Origin: Lama guanicoe
Lineage: Eukaryota
DNA length: 64,000 nucleotides
Assembly (NCBI GenBank): GCA_013239625.1
Contig: MU053810.1
Span: forward strand, 1,809,518-1,873,517
Reading direction: 5' to 3'
Part shown: positions 12,421-25,666 of the stretch, one piece after another
How the letters are laid out: every line of letters begins with the position of its first letter
Position numbering within the stretch: position 1 is the first letter of the stretch
Translations under genes and position numbers: made by a program
The notes under the pieces: model-generated
The model's input: the letters and a program-made list of their open reading frames with translations, nothing else
What the model was told of the DNA's origin: nothing
Databases searched by the model: none

Positions 12421-13854
12421 CTTGTGCCTGGAGGCAGAGTGGGAGGAGGACAGAGAGAGGGAAAAGGTGACCAGAAACCATTGCCTCAGCTGACGAGTTC
12501 CCTGACCCAGGCAGCAGACGTGTTAAGAAATGTCATTTGCATCTGCTTCTCCAAGCTACACGGAGGGCAGTTATAGCTTTTGGAAATTTCAAAAATGCGT
12601 CAAAGGCGGAAAATCAATGAGAGTAGCATAGCGTTTGCAACTCCGGGCCACGTAGGAACCCCAGCCTCTGCCTAGTGATGGGCTTATTACATTCTTTAAG
12701 TTGCTATCATTTTAAAGACACACTGAAATGCACTTGGCCTCCCAGAGTAAATACGCCTCACAAATGCCAATGCCTCTTGATAAATGTTAATTGACCCCTT
12801 TGTAATGTGCATTACTCTTAAAGGCTGCAACAAACTTTGCTCAGAGTCTTTGAACTTCTCCCAGATATTCTCCTGACATTTTTTTCTGGTGAACATTACA
12901 AACATTTGGGGGTTGCAGAATAACACTGGGCTATTTTTCTCCCGAGATTTCTTTGTACAATTGCAATTTAGATTTCCTTCCAAAAGGGTTCATTGTGGCA
13001 TGTTCCTTGATAGGATGTGAAGCAAATTTCTCCTGCTGTAGCTTGGCAGCCCGCCTGGAGGATGGGGTGCATAAATTATTCCAAATGCCATAGAACCTTG
13101 CATCTTATTTCCTTCTAGAGTGTTTTAAATCTGCATCAGTATGCCTTGAACTGAGAGACTGAACAGGCAAAAACACACAGCAAGAAAGACATATGTGACT
13201 TGCAAGAAATGAAACATCCCTTTTGTAAAATGATATCATTCCGAATTTAATTAGATGTCATTTTATTGAGGAAATAGATGTTATTTGAGCAAGGCCAGAT
13301 CTCAGCGGGTTAAACAGTAGTAGAGCAAACAAGAAAGAAGTGGGTTGTTTGAGAGAGAAGTGCAGACGAAGGCATGGGCATCACAGGAGACTCCGCGGTT
13401 ACACAGGAGACAAAAAATGGTGGCAGAGGCGGTGTGCGTGGGGAGGAGGGGAGCCCCGTGGGCTCTCTCTTGTTTTACTCTGTGTCCTGCGATGAAGCTT
13501 TATTGAGGCTCTGGGGCGGCGGTTCCCTGACTTCAGACAGACTGTTGAGGTCAGTTTGAGCTCCTTGACAGAAAACAACAACTGGTAACTGACCCGGCCG
13601 TCGGGGCTCAGAGGTGTTGGAAACATGTGGTTCCCGCTAGACCAGGAAGGCAGGTCCAGCCGTGATGGCTTGTTGCCCCCCTTGATAAATGTCAGGCCAG
13701 GGTCCCCCTGTCATCGAGGGCTCACAGAGGGGCATCTGCTCTCAGGTTTACCTCTGTTTTCTGACCTCATTTTTCTCTCTCCCCCGATATAAGCTACCAG
13801 GCCATGCGATACCTGCATGTGTAGCAGTTAAGGAGACAAACTCTAACATGGCCC

Positions 13855-13998
13855 ACGTGACCTCTCAAAGCCCAGATTTCTTCATCTGTAAAATGACCCT
13901 GAAAATAGTACCCCTTTCCTAGGATTATTGTGTCAAATCAGTGAGCTAAAATACTTAGCTTTGGGTTAGACTCATAACGCCCGATAAAAGTTAGTTAT
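13855..13998 (+). mobile_element. MIR SINE fragment
   Basis: CAGATTTCTTCATCTGTAAAATG...AATAGTACC...AGGATTATTGTG is the MIR core. Confidence 0.75.
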
Positions 13999-14539
13999 GC
14001 TAGCATGTTGCCCATGAAAGATGTGTTGATTTGGGTACAAAAGTGTTGTCTTTGTGCTTAAAAAGATACACTTAAGGTAAAAGGCAGAGAGGGACAATTA
14101 ACTAGAAGAGCAGATGGGGAGGCCCTCTCCCCATTCTGAGATGTTTATCAGGGTAGAAAGGGTGGAGCTTTCAACCTAAGTGCTGAAAAATGAAACATTC
14201 AATTAAAATTTTAAATAAATGAATTAAATAAAAATTAAATGCAACCATAGTGCTCAATATGTTATTAACATTTGCTTATAGAAGCAAAGAGATGCTTGCT
14301 CTTTTTGATCTTTGTTCATTTGGGTATTTATGGTTTTCCAGAAAAATCAAGTCAGTCATCTAAGTGCTATTTTTAAAACTATTTTTATATGTCTGTATCT
14401 CATTTCTCTGTTGGCAAAATGAGGAAAATATTTCCAACATTTCTCAAAGTTGTTTCCAATATAATTCATGAGAAGCAAAATATTTTATGTTTGAGTAAAC
14501 ACACAATTTATATTGTTAGCCTAAGTCACGACTCTGGGC

Positions 14540-15310
14540 TGTGTTTATCCACAGAATACTTCTCATACCACGTGTGTGGGGCTTTTTATTTTTCCTCATA
14601 CCAACGAGTTCGTCAATTCTCTGGACCCCAAATGGGTGTCCTACAATTCAGTTCAATACTGATACTAACTACTTGGATTTCCTGCAGGCCCCGTAGGTTA
14701 AGGGCTCAGTCCCACAAGACCAGACCCCACATCAGACACCAGTCAAAAGTCCCAGACCACCCACTCTTCTGATCAACCAGCTATAAATCAGGGATTCCTA
14801 TGACTCAGTAATTTTCTAGGATGCTTACAGAACTCAGGGAAAATGATTTAGTTACTATTATCAATTTATTATAAAGGATGCAACTCAGGATCAGCCAATG
14901 GAAGAGACGCATGGGGCAAGGCATGAAGAAGTCCCCTCTCCTCTCAAGATGTGTCACCCTCCCAGCACCTTGAAGTGTTCACCAACCCAGAAGCTCCCCA
15001 AACCCCACCATTTAGGGGCTTTTATGAAGATTCCATTACATAAGCAAGAATGATCAGGTGGTTGGCCATTGGGTATTAACTCAATCTTCAGCCCCTCTCC
15101 TCCCATTGGAGACCCGAGGGGTGGGGCTGAATCTTCCATCCCTCTAATCATGTCTTGGTCTTCCTGGTGACCAGCCTCCATCCTGGATCTCTCTAGGGCC
15201 TGCCTGGTGCTCCTATTTCTCTTATCACTCAGGAAATTCCGAGGGACTTGGGAGATCTGTGTCAAGAACAGGGAAAGAAGTCAAATATGTATTTCTTACT
15301 GTGCCCCACA
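14540..15310 (-). mobile_element. MER21-family LTR
   Basis: GGGTGTCCTACAATTCAGTTCAATACTGATACTAACTAC, GGTTAAGGGCTCAGTCCCACAAGAC and the terminal TATGTATTTCTTACTGTGCCCCACA match MER21 (MER21C-like) in reverse. Confidence 0.85.
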
Positions 15311-15619
15311 GTACTGTGAGTCAAGAGACCTTTATCAGTCCTCCCCTCCCCTTCTCTGTGACATACGTTCCCCTCTTGCAAAAATAAGCGTGCAAAGACC
15401 ACCACAGCTAAGGAAGCAACCCAAAGAGACATGTCTTTGTAATGTGACAGCAGGCTCACCCAGGTAGAGCAAACAAAACATTCATCAGCAGATCCTCCAC
15501 CTCAAGAACTGGGTTTTCCTTTGCTGTGCATTTTATTTTGCAGATTCATTCAATGAATGTTGGCCGATCATCTTCCAAGAGCCAAGTACTGTTTTGCGTG
15601 CTGAGAATTTAATGATGTA

Positions 15620-16200
15620 TTTATTTCACAAATACTTACATTCTGTTTTTCCTGTGCCAGGCACTGATCTAAGCAATTTACAGATATTAAATTATTGAAT
15701 TCTTTTATTATCCCTCTTAGCAGCTGCTCTTACTTCAGTCTCCTTGTGCCATAAACTGAATGTCTGTGTCCTCCCAAAATGCAAAGGTTGACACCTGATC
15801 CATCCTATGATGGTGTTAGGAGGTGAGGCCTTTTGGAAGGGATCAGGTTAGAGGGTGGGGCCCTCATGAGTGGGATTAGTGTCCTTATAACAGATACCCC
15901 AGAGAGCTCCCCCACCTCTTCCCCCGGGTGAGGACACAGTGAGATAATTTCTGTCTATGAACTAGGAAGGGGTTTTCCCCAGACATCAAATTTGCTAGAG
16001 CCTTAATCTTGAACTTCCCAGCCTCCAATAGTGTAAGAAATAAATTTCCGTTGTTGTAAAGCCACCCAGTCTATGGCATTTTGCCATAGCAGCCTGAACA
16101 GACTAAGACACCATGTCACAGAAGAGGAAGTAGAGGAAATTAGTAGTTGAGCAACTGGTCCACCGTCACCCAGCAAGTAAGAGGCAAAGAGCAGGTGCAC
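15620..16200 (-). mobile_element. MIR split by an MLT1A insertion
   Basis: TGTGCCAGGCACTGATCTAAGCAATTTACAGATATTAA before the LTR, and a MIR-like continuation CACAGAAGAGGAAG...GTCACCCAGCAAGTAAG after it. Confidence 0.6.
15747..16110 (+). mobile_element. MLT1A/MLT1A0 MaLR solo LTR, full length
   Basis: TGCCATAAACTGAATGTCTGTGTCC...GAAATAAATTTCCGTTGTTGTAAAGCCACCCAGTCTATGGCATTTTGCCATAGCAGCCTGAACAGACTAAGACA. 5-bp TSD CCTTG/CCATG. Confidence 0.9.
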
Positions 16201-16414
16201 ACCTAATTTGAAGAATCTGGGGACTCCAGGTCATAGCTAGCTGTTGGGTACCTGGCCCTGGGGTGGTGGGTAGTGGTCCCCAGTGTAAAAGCCCAGTAAG
16301 GGAAGTGGCTGGGGTACGGACTTAATCAGCTGCTTGAGAAGGGAACAGACCAGCCAACAGCCAAGCCCTCAAACCTGGATCATGACCGCATTAAAAAGAA
16401 AAAGAAAATTATAT

Positions 16415-16985
16415 GACAGTGAAGTGATGAAGATGTTGAGAACTGGTCAGATCCTGGCTATATTTGAAGGGAGAGCCAGGAGGACTTGCTAATGGGTCGG
16501 ATATGGGGTGTGAGAGAAAGGTGCATTCACAGGAAGTGCAAGGTCAGAGCCTGAGCAAAGAGCGGTGGGACCACTATCATCGAAAATGGGCAAGACTGAA
16601 AAATGAACATTTGTAAGTAAACATTAGAAGCTCAGTCGAGAATGCCTTGTGTTTGAAATGTCTTTTTATGTTATTTTTCTAAGACATCTAAGTGAAGATG
16701 TTGAGCAGAAAAATGGATTTATGGTTCTGAAGCTCAAGAGACATGTCTGGCCTGGAGATGTAAATTTGAGAGGGTTTGACATAAATATGGTATTTCAAGC
16801 CATGGGACCAATGAGATCATCCAGGAAGTGAATGTAAAGATAAAATGTGGCCTAATGGATGGCTCTTGGGACAGTCCAACACGAAGATGTCGAGGAAGAA
16901 AAAGAGCAAAGGAAACTGAGAAGAAACAGTGCAACTGAAAGGAAAAGCTGTGGAGGGCATCTGGGGAGCCCCAGGAACAAAGCAG
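16415..16985 (-). mobile_element. L2 LINE internal fragment
   Basis: GGTCAGATCCTGGCTATATTTGAAGGGAGAGCCAGGAGGACTTGCTAATGG and TGGAGATGTAAATTTGAGAG resemble reverse L2. Confidence 0.75.
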
Positions 16986-17049
16986 TTCAAGGATCTTGAA
17001 ATGTTTTAATCTCCAGCCATCAAATATTCCTATGACATATGACATATTC

Positions 17050-17500
17050 CAATGACAATATGGTACCATTTTAACTGTTACATTAGGAAGTAGTTTAAAA
17101 CCAGACACTTTATGTTGTCAAGGGTGCAGTGAACAGGTGATACCATTTTACACCCTAATTGGGAAAATAATCAGGTTGAACTTTCTGGAAAGCAACTTAA
17201 CATTATAAAGAAGCAATTTCCTAACAACATCTACGTACTTAAATTCAGCATGTCCTCTTCTAGGAATCTGCCCTGAAGAAACAGATAGAAACTTAGACAA
17301 AGTTTTATGTTCTCTGCTGGGGTATTTATATTAGAGAACAGCTGGGGGTGAAAATTACATTTTGAACAAGGAAAACTATTCAAAAAACTGTAAGCCCCAA
17401 ATAAAGTGGATATTGTAGCCCAGGAAGATGATGATTGAAAAGTATATTTAATGATATGTGAAAACCCTCATGATGTGGCATTAATTGAGGAAAGCAAGAT
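17050..17500 (+). mobile_element. Old L1M (L1ME/MD-like) 3' fragment
   Basis: Decayed ORF2-end/3' UTR motifs: GTTGTCAAGGGTGCAGTGAACAGG, CTTTCTGGAAAGCAACTT, CTTCTAGGAATCTGCCCTGAAG. Confidence 0.6.
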
Positions 17501-19049
17501 AATGTCCTTTCCTGTAGTAACAAAAAAACTAATCATTACCATTATGTACTGTGTATAAGGCACCGTGCAAATATTTAATATACACTGGTTTTTAATTCTA
17601 TCAAGGAGGCATCAGGAGAAAGCAGAGGCTCAAAACTTAATTGACTTGATTGTATTTTATCTGATCATATTCATGCATTTGGGAAGTGAACACACACACA
17701 TACTCACACACACACGCATACTCACATACACACAGAAATCTGACAGCCTGTCTTAAAAGTTCCTATTCTTATGTAAGAAGCTTTAAAGCTTTAGTTACGT
17801 CCTATGGAATCCAGGGCAAACTTTGAGTTCATGAGTTTTTCCCAAAAGAAGATTCTAAGAATGACAACAAAATGAAGAATTTAAGCCCTGGTTTCCTCAT
17901 TTATATAAAAATCATTTTCTTATAATTTCAAAATTCTTACTCCTCACTTACAAAGCTAAAGATAACTTTAGAAACCTTCCCTAGCACTGCCAGACACCGT
18001 CTTACTCCTTTGGGAGCTGAGTTGATTCACTGTGATACAAAAGGGTGAAAGAGTTAAACATTTTTGGAAAATTTATTTTGAAGAAGACCAGGGTAATTTA
18101 CTAACACTGTCTTTCCTCCTTTTACTCTGTACCCTCTATTTTTCAAATAGATTCTTTAAGAGCTTTGTTCCTTTTGTGAGCTCTCCTGACACTAAAAAAA
18201 ATCATTTCATTTACACTCTAATATATCTGATAGTTCAGTTGATGGTGCTCATAATGTGTGTCCGGCACTCTGCTAATTCCTGGAATTGTTGGAGGAGACA
18301 CTTGGGAAGAAGAGATGAAAACCGGAGTCATAGCTCCTATTCCAGATACGCCGCCCACTGTCCAGAGAAGACCAGCACATCCCACTGGTGTGAAATACAG
18401 CTGTGATGAGGGCCGTAAAGGAAGGAGTGTGTAACAAGAAATGTAAGAGCAACGTCTGCTAAAGAGGTGAAGAGGGATGACTTCAAGAGAAGACGGCATT
18501 GCCTGTGCCCTGGGGGGTTATCAGCAAAGAAAAGGAAAAAGCATTCCAAGCAGAGAAAAACAGAATATAAAACAAAGGAGAATCATGTAAACCACAGGAA
18601 TGGGTGGAAAATCGAGCGCAGTTTAATGGGGCTGCGGTGAAGCTCTGCAAATTCAGGCTAAAATAAGTCAGTGAAATAAGATGATTCAACTTTCTATGCC
18701 TGAAGATCAGGAAGCTACTAAAGAGGCGGGGTCCAGGAAAGGACTTTTATTTACTTGTTCCTTTGATATTATTATTATTTTCAGGTTGGGGAAATTATAA
18801 GCATGAAATACTGATTCATATGGAGTGAGGAGAAAGTCAGAGTGTGAAACCTCAGGAAAGAAGCAATCATGGAGGCTGAGCCTCTCCAGGCTCAGGAGCG
18901 ATGAAGGAGGTGCTTCTGTGTCAGCAATGGTGTTGTCATGGTCAGAAGGATAACATAGGAGCCTTTGTGGCTCCTCCCTTTAATTTTTCAATACTCGTCA
19001 CCTTTTCCCAAGGACGCACATCTGCATCCAGTCATCAGTAACAGAATCC

Positions 19050-19310
19050 TGTCCATTTACTGAGTGCATCCCACGGGCCCACGACTGGGCTATGTGCCAG
19101 GGGTAAAACAGTGACCAAAGCAGAACCAGCCGCTGCCCTCGCGGGGCTTACGATCCAGGTGCAAAGGGGCTTCTGTGCAACAAATGACTGAGCAAATCAT
19201 CATAAACCTATGAACAAAGCTGTGCTAAGAGCTATGAAGGAGAAGTTCAAGGTTCTGAACCAGTATTGAACAGGATTACAGCCTAGTCTAGAACGCAGGA
19301 AGGGAGTGAG
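19050..19310 (-). mobile_element. L2 3' fragment
   Basis: CATTTACTGAGTGCATCCCACGGGCCCACGACTGGGCTATGTGCCAGGGG...GCCCTCGCGGGGCTTACGATCCAG. Confidence 0.65.
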
Positions 19311-19879
19311 CTCCAAGGGTTCTGTCACTGCCTCTCAGACATGCGCTCAGCCCGCTCGATACCACATTTTCTGTGTCTGAAATTAACCACCTTTCGGTGG
19401 CCTTGAAAAAGAATGAGATTATTGACCCCACTGTGTGATTCAAGCCATAAAGGAAGTGAATAAAAGAGCAACTGTGTCTTTGATTTCTTCCAAAGACCTG
19501 GAAGATTTATTTAAAGGTGAAAAATCAGACCTGAAGTCCTTACGTCCAAATTTGGGGGTCTCTCAATTTAGAGACGTTAAAAATACTAGCAGCCAAAAAG
19601 AAAAATTGTTTTGACACTTTGCCATATAGCCTTCCCAATAATTTGTACCAGATAGTTGATCTTTAAAATGTCTTGCTGTGAAAGAGACAGATACAAAGTA
19701 TACACTGATTGCCTTCGGGCAGCCTGCCCGGCTCAGAGGGCCTCATCCTGACCTCCACGGGCCTGCGGGTCTGACTTGTCCCCCTGATCTGGGCACGCAA
19801 GTATGCTCTAAACATTGCCTGTGGCACACTAGTCCTGGAGATTCATGGTCTGCACTGGCCTCTTACATGTCATCTCTGA

Positions 19880-20378
19880 GCTCCACCCTCTGATGGCTTC
19901 TCTTTGCAACCTAGCTACTGCCCAACCCTCCTCCCCGGGCTCCCCCATCACTGCCCCTCCATGCCCCCTCCTGGGCTCATCAGGCTCAGGGTCTTGTCAC
20001 AGCATTGTTGCCCTGTCCAAGGGATGCCCTTTCACCTCCTCCAGGCTGTCCTCCTCCACAGCCCCTCCCTGTAGTCCAGTCTGCTCAGCTGCCCCTTCCT
20101 CGCAGACTCCTCCCCTGACTAACCCATTTATTTAGAATATCTAGAACCTTCTCCCTTCTCTCTCTAGCCCTCAACCCCTATTTTTCTTCATGGCCCTTAC
20201 GGTTTCCTGACGTGTTGCATGTTATTTAGTTGTTCGCTGTTGGTCTCCTTGAGAGAATGGAAAAGCCTTGAGGGGAGAGACTTGTTTATCTCTACCTAGT
20301 GCCTCCAAGAGCGCCCCACAACAGGAAGTGCTCAATAAACATTTGTGGAATTAATTAAAATGGGTGGATGGACGGATG
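19880..20378 (+). mobile_element. L2 3' end (L2a-like)
   Basis: Pyrimidine-rich L2 body ending in GTGCTCAATAAACATTTGTGGAATTAATT. Confidence 0.8.
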
Positions 20379-22689
20379 ATGTACCTCCTGGCCTTCCTTG
20401 GGCAAGCTGCTTGCTGCCCTTGAGATGTCGTCACTGGCTCAGGCAGGGAGGACACTAGCATGGCTCGTGGGCAGAGGCCATGCGTACCACGCTCAAAGGA
20501 AGGTGGGGTCAGGGGAGGGAGCAGTCCTTTGGACATGACCTCATAGCCCTGGGCACCGATGTCCCTCGGAAAGGCCTTTCTCCTTGACACACTTAGGTCG
20601 AGATGATTCTACCAGGCTGCTAATGGTCCCCAGATGGATATGCTTGGGGATGGTGGGCTCGGTCCCGATGTGACAGGCAGCCTTGCCCCTGGGTCTTCTG
20701 GACTCTGGCGAGCTCTGATCTGCCCGTCTTGCCCCCAACCCAGCCAGGGAACTCTCATCTAGGTTGGGGAAAATCTTTCCTGGTGTTTCTGGCCCAACAG
20801 CTTCTGGCCGTCTACACTCAGAAATTCTGTCCTTTTTAATCTCACTGTGAAATCATCGAAACGCCCCTAAGTGCTTAGGCTTCTGCAAGAAAAATGTTGG
20901 AGAGGGAAGTATGCTACTTCTTAACTTTGGTTTTCTGCTCTGTCACACCTATGACATGAGGTAATACGTGGCGAGAAGACCGCTTGTTGAGTGAGGGGAA
21001 AGTCAAAAGGTAGGACAGCAGGAAAATAAACTGATAAATCCATACGATATGCACACATTATTAGCTTGCTCAGATGTTCACCCCTCTCCTATTAAGCTAC
21101 ACCCGGAAAAAAATTACTTGGTGCACGGCCCTGAGTTTCCAAAGAAAGAGAGGAATGAGCCACTTTTAACTAAAGAAGTGTGTAAATACTAGGTTTAGTA
21201 TCAAATATCAAAGCCGTGTGGTTCTGTATAACTAATTTTTTTCTTATAAAAACATTTTCATGGAGTTATACAGCTTTATGGAAAATTTGTGTCTACTCAT
21301 TCTTGGCACATTAGCATTCCAAAGTATTTCTTAAAGGGAAAAGTTTTCCAAGAAAATGAACATTCTTGGACACTTTAACTTTCTACTTGGCTTTAAAAAA
21401 AAATCTTTAGGGCTTCTTGGTGCTGTTGTTGATTCATTTGTTAAATAAATGGTTATTTTTTTAAGCATTCTCTTAGGAATACCTTAAAAGCTGATGTGAT
21501 AACACCAGCTATTGTTGGAGAAGATTTGCAGTCCAATCACATTTGAAGCATGCCCTACTTCATTTTGTATAAAAATAAAACAAGCAAAAATCTCTTGAAT
21601 TATTTTTATGTTTAAGGAGATAAATAAAAGATGCACAGAAAAACATACATTTAGCCCATGTATTTAGCAAGATTTGGAAATATATTTGTGCATTGTCATT
21701 AACAACCACATCTGAAAGAAACAGAAGACGCAAAACACAAATTCGTTATAAAAAGAATGTATTTGCTTAGCGAAGGATGTTGGCTTTTTGTCATCACGGT
21801 TTAGAGGAATAACAAAAACTAAAAGCACAGCCCAGGTTATCTTAAATCAAGCAAACCCTGTAGCTCAGACATGCCTTCATATTTTACAGCTTAGGGGGCT
21901 ATAAAAGAACATTTCATTAAACTTAAACTGCATGTGCTTTTTTCAACTTTCTGAAAAATTTATTGAGTTGAGTATGTTTATTTCCAAAGTTTGATTTTAC
22001 TCTGTCTTAGGCTTTGGATTAAAATTCCCAAATGGACAGATTATAAAAGGCCTCTTTACAAAGAGAGAAGGGCTTCTAGAACAAGCAGCATTGCTTTGCC
22101 AGTTAGTGACAGGGTTTGAAAGGGAAGAGAGCTGCCGTGATTGAACGGGGCTGAGCAGGAGCCGAATGGTCTTAGGAGAAGGCTGGAACCCAGGCTGTAT
22201 ATTAATGCGAACACCTTCAGCTCTGTTGTGGCTTGGCTCCTCTGGAAATGATTTGTACTTGAGATGGTTGTTTATGATCCCAGCACCTAGTTTATTTCAT
22301 TCTGGGCAATAGCGTACATAGGTGTGTCTGGTAGACAGGAAAATCCAGTGACTGGAAAGATCTACCCAGCTATAGCATATTGTCAGCTTTATTAATCAAA
22401 TCCAAAGACAGTCCATCATTTTCAGGTTAAAGCATTGCTTGCATACTGACCCTCATCACTTGGGAGGAAAACCCGGGCACTATACCTGGCGTGGGGCAGC
22501 TGGTCAATACATGTAAATTTCCTTCCCCATTGAGGTCAATGAATTTGTGAATTATGGAGAAAACTAGTCCCATAGCTCTGTTTCCATCTGTTCTACAAAA
22601 AAAGTGGGTTCTGCAGTCAAATAAGGATAGGTAATGACAGAGTCAGAGGGCCAGGCTCTTTCTTGGAACTTGAAACTGTCTACTAGCTT

Positions 22690-22895
22690 GTGCAAGAGGT
22701 TCAAAGCAGAGCTGAGGGGCCAGTATTGGTCCTTTCTTAGCCATGAGACCTTAGGCTATGTACTTACTTCCTCTGTTTTTTTATAGGTGAAATGAAGACA
22801 TCTTCCACTTCAAACGACTAATATGTTGATATTTATAAAGCACTTACAACAGTGCCTGGCACATAATAAGCACTAAGTAAGTATTTATCGAATAA
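22690..22895 (+). mobile_element. MIR SINE
   Basis: TTAGCCATGAGACCTTAGGC...TAAAGCACTTACAACAGTGCCTGGCACATAATAAGCACT. Confidence 0.8.
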
Positions 22896-23294
22896 CTAAA
22901 ATCCCTGAAAGATTCTTCAGGAAAAATTTAATCTAGAGTTTCCCAAACCTTCTTTCACCATGGATACCCCTGCTCCACCTAACTCCACCCCATTCCTTTT
23001 CCCCCAAGCCCCAAATAACTTTTTCTGGGAAAACCACACTTCCAATTTTTTTTTTTTTTAGAAAAGCTGCTGTAGAGAGAAGTTCATTGAATCCATTTTC
23101 TTAACAAAGAATTAAAAAAAAATTTAAAAGGAGTCACGTGTGCATTTCGATCATCATTCTAAAAGCCTCAGAAATCAGAAAAGAAAATTCCTGAATATAC
23201 CAAGTGATCAGAGTTCCCAGTTAGTGGACTTTGTGCAATGCTGTGATTCCCATCTTATGTTTACTGAAGGGACTTGTAATAAAGGCACTTAGCA

Positions 23295-23500
23295 CGTGCT
23301 GAGTGCTAATGTGTCTACCGGGCATTCATCTCTGCGTGGATACTATTTCTAAATCCTAACAACAATCCCAAGCAGTGCGTATTCACCCCCATTTTATAGA
23401 CACTGCACTTTAGGGGGTCACAGTGTCTGTGTTTCTTGCCTAAGGCCACCCAGCTAGAGGCAGGTGGAGCCAAGAATACAAACCCAAGGATCCAGACCCC
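23295..23500 (-). mobile_element. MIR SINE
   Basis: AATCCTAACAACAATCC...CCCCATTTTATAGA...TTGCCTAAGGCCACCCAGCTAG. Confidence 0.75.
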
Positions 23501-23770
23501 ACGACATTCTTAGGCATCTTCAATGTGTAAATTACTTCTCCCCTCACTGCACCTTAACCCACCTAGGGGGACTCAGGGACCCCAAAATGGGTCCCCCACA
23601 GGGTTTAACTTGTCCCTCTGGGACAATATTATACAGTAATTATTGTCATCCTCAATTATAGACAAACCTGAAATATTAGACAGTTGGGCAGAATACATAA
23701 TTTTACTCATCTTTTCCCTTTGAAGACTTGATTTTTTCATGATTCATCATCATTCTTTTTTTAAAAACAC

Positions 23771-23937
23771 TTTTTATTGAAGTATAGTTGATTTTCAGTG
23801 TTAGTTTCAGGTGTACAGTAAAGTGATTCAGCTACATATGCATACACATACATATATGTATATTTCAGATTCTTTCCCATTATATGTCACTGCAAGAAAC
23901 TGAATACAGTTCCCTGTGCTGTATAGTAGGTCCTTGT
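23771..23937 (-). mobile_element. Cetartiodactyl-type L1 3' tail, 5'-truncated
   Basis: TTTTTATTGAAGTATAGTTGATT...GTTTCAGGTGTACAGTAAAGTGATTCAG...GTTCCCTGTGCTGTATAGTAGGTCCTTG. Confidence 0.85.
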
Positions 23938-24578
23938 GAAGATCTGATTTTTTCACACACCTGGTCAAAGGAGGAGGTAGGACCCCAACCTCAATGTTCT
24001 TTCCAGTACTGACTGCTGACATTTAACAAATACTGCTGGTTGGTTTGCTTGGTTTCTCTGTTAATACAGAAATGTGCTGCCGAGTTCTCAAACGCAGGCA
24101 TTATGTGCCTGTTCTGTTTCCGTGTGGCCAGCTGTGCTGACGGCACACACGTGAGCACGTGGAGAGACCGAGTGACACCCGGCTCCAGGGAGCACGTGTC
24201 TTGCTGTACTTTTGCACCATCTGGGCTCCACAACATTCAAGGAAGATTCTAAGTGAGCCTTTTTGGAAAGGAATGAAGGAGATTTTTGTAGCTGTTATTG
24301 TTGAAAGCCAATTCAGTCCATACAATGGCTTGAAAGTAGTGAAAAATCAACCCAACTGGGAACATTTTTTCTCGTGTATGGCAAATACAGCAGATTGATC
24401 AAAAAAAAAACAAAACAGGATGTTCTCAGATCTCAGAGAAAATTGAACCGTCTAAAAGAAAAGCTATAATATATAATTATGTATTTAAATACACAATCAA
24501 GTTTTTTTTTTAATTTCCAATCTGCTGAAATGAAACATATACATCTTGTCCATATTGTCTCCATGTAAATATCAGTAT

Positions 24579-25021
24579 TGTCCAAGAAAAACTAGAGCTG
24601 GGGAGAAGTGAAAACAGTGACAGTAGGTTTTATGGAGGACTATTGCAATAGGGGAAAAGAAACCTCAGTGTCGAACTGGGCTCAGCTCTGAATACAGCAG
24701 GACTAAGTGGGGGTTTACCACCAAGGAGCAGGATCGGGGTCAGAGGATGGAGAATCACTAAGAGGAAACACCAGGGGTAGGCATTATTCTGGCCAAACCC
24801 AGCTAACAGGAACTTTGCTGAAGACAGGCCTGGGGGATGGCGGGGGATGAAGAAACCACTTAGACATGGAGGGTGGTAAGAAAAAAGGATGGGAGACTCT
24901 TACTAAAATTGAATTAGCACGGTCCTTGCTAAAACTTTATTTTACAAAGCGGCAGATGAATGGGTCTACAAAAAGGTCATGGAACTTGACTTAAGTTTAG
25001 TCAAGCAAAGAATCTTTGTCA
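24579..25021 (-). mobile_element. MER31-family ERV1 solo LTR, full length
   Basis: TGTCC...GTCAAGCAAAGAATCTTTGTCA is the reverse of the MER31 start TGACAAAGATTC. Perfect 4-bp TSD GTAT at 24575-24578 and 25022-25025. Confidence 0.9.
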
Positions 25022-25499
25022 GTATCATTCCTGAGGTTTGGGGGCAATATTCTTCTCTTCAACTGCCAGCACATATGTGCCCACATGTGGACACACACAC
25101 ACACACACAAATCAAACAACACACATTTCTTGAAGAAAGCACCACTGTCCACTCATGGTCAGGAACACAGGCAGTAGCTGACTAGATCAGGCCTCAAATC
25201 ATGGAGCCCTGAGCTTCAGGAAGTGCTTGTGTCTGGGCATGGAACTGATACAGACCCTTGGAAATAAGTGAAGTCACATGATTGCCACACATCAGATACC
25301 TGTCAGTACCCTGTTCAAAGAGCCCACAAAACCAAGACAGCGATTAGCAGGAGTCTGAGCTGCTGGTTCTGGCTCCCCCCTTCCTCAGTTTACATCTTTC
25401 CTCTCCCACCAGTTCCGGATCCGCCCTCAGGCCCAGGGTTCTTGCTGCTACAGCACCAGCCGTTGGGAAGGTACCGCCCCTCTGTGCACACACACGCTT

Positions 25500-25666
25500 T
25501 TCCCCGAGGCTGCTCTCTAGACGACCAGTGCAGAATCTTGGAGTGAAGTTGCTGAAAATGTGGATCCCTGGGCTCCACCTCCGGCCTGTTGAATCTCAGT
25601 ATCTATGAGGGGTCGTGGAATCCAGACGCTTAACAGATTCTGAAACAAAAATTTCAGAACGACACG
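25500..25666. mobile_element. MER5-like hAT-Charlie fragment
   Basis: TTGCTGAAAATGTGGATCCCTGGGCTCCACCTCCGGCCTGTTGAATCTCAG. Confidence 0.6.
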
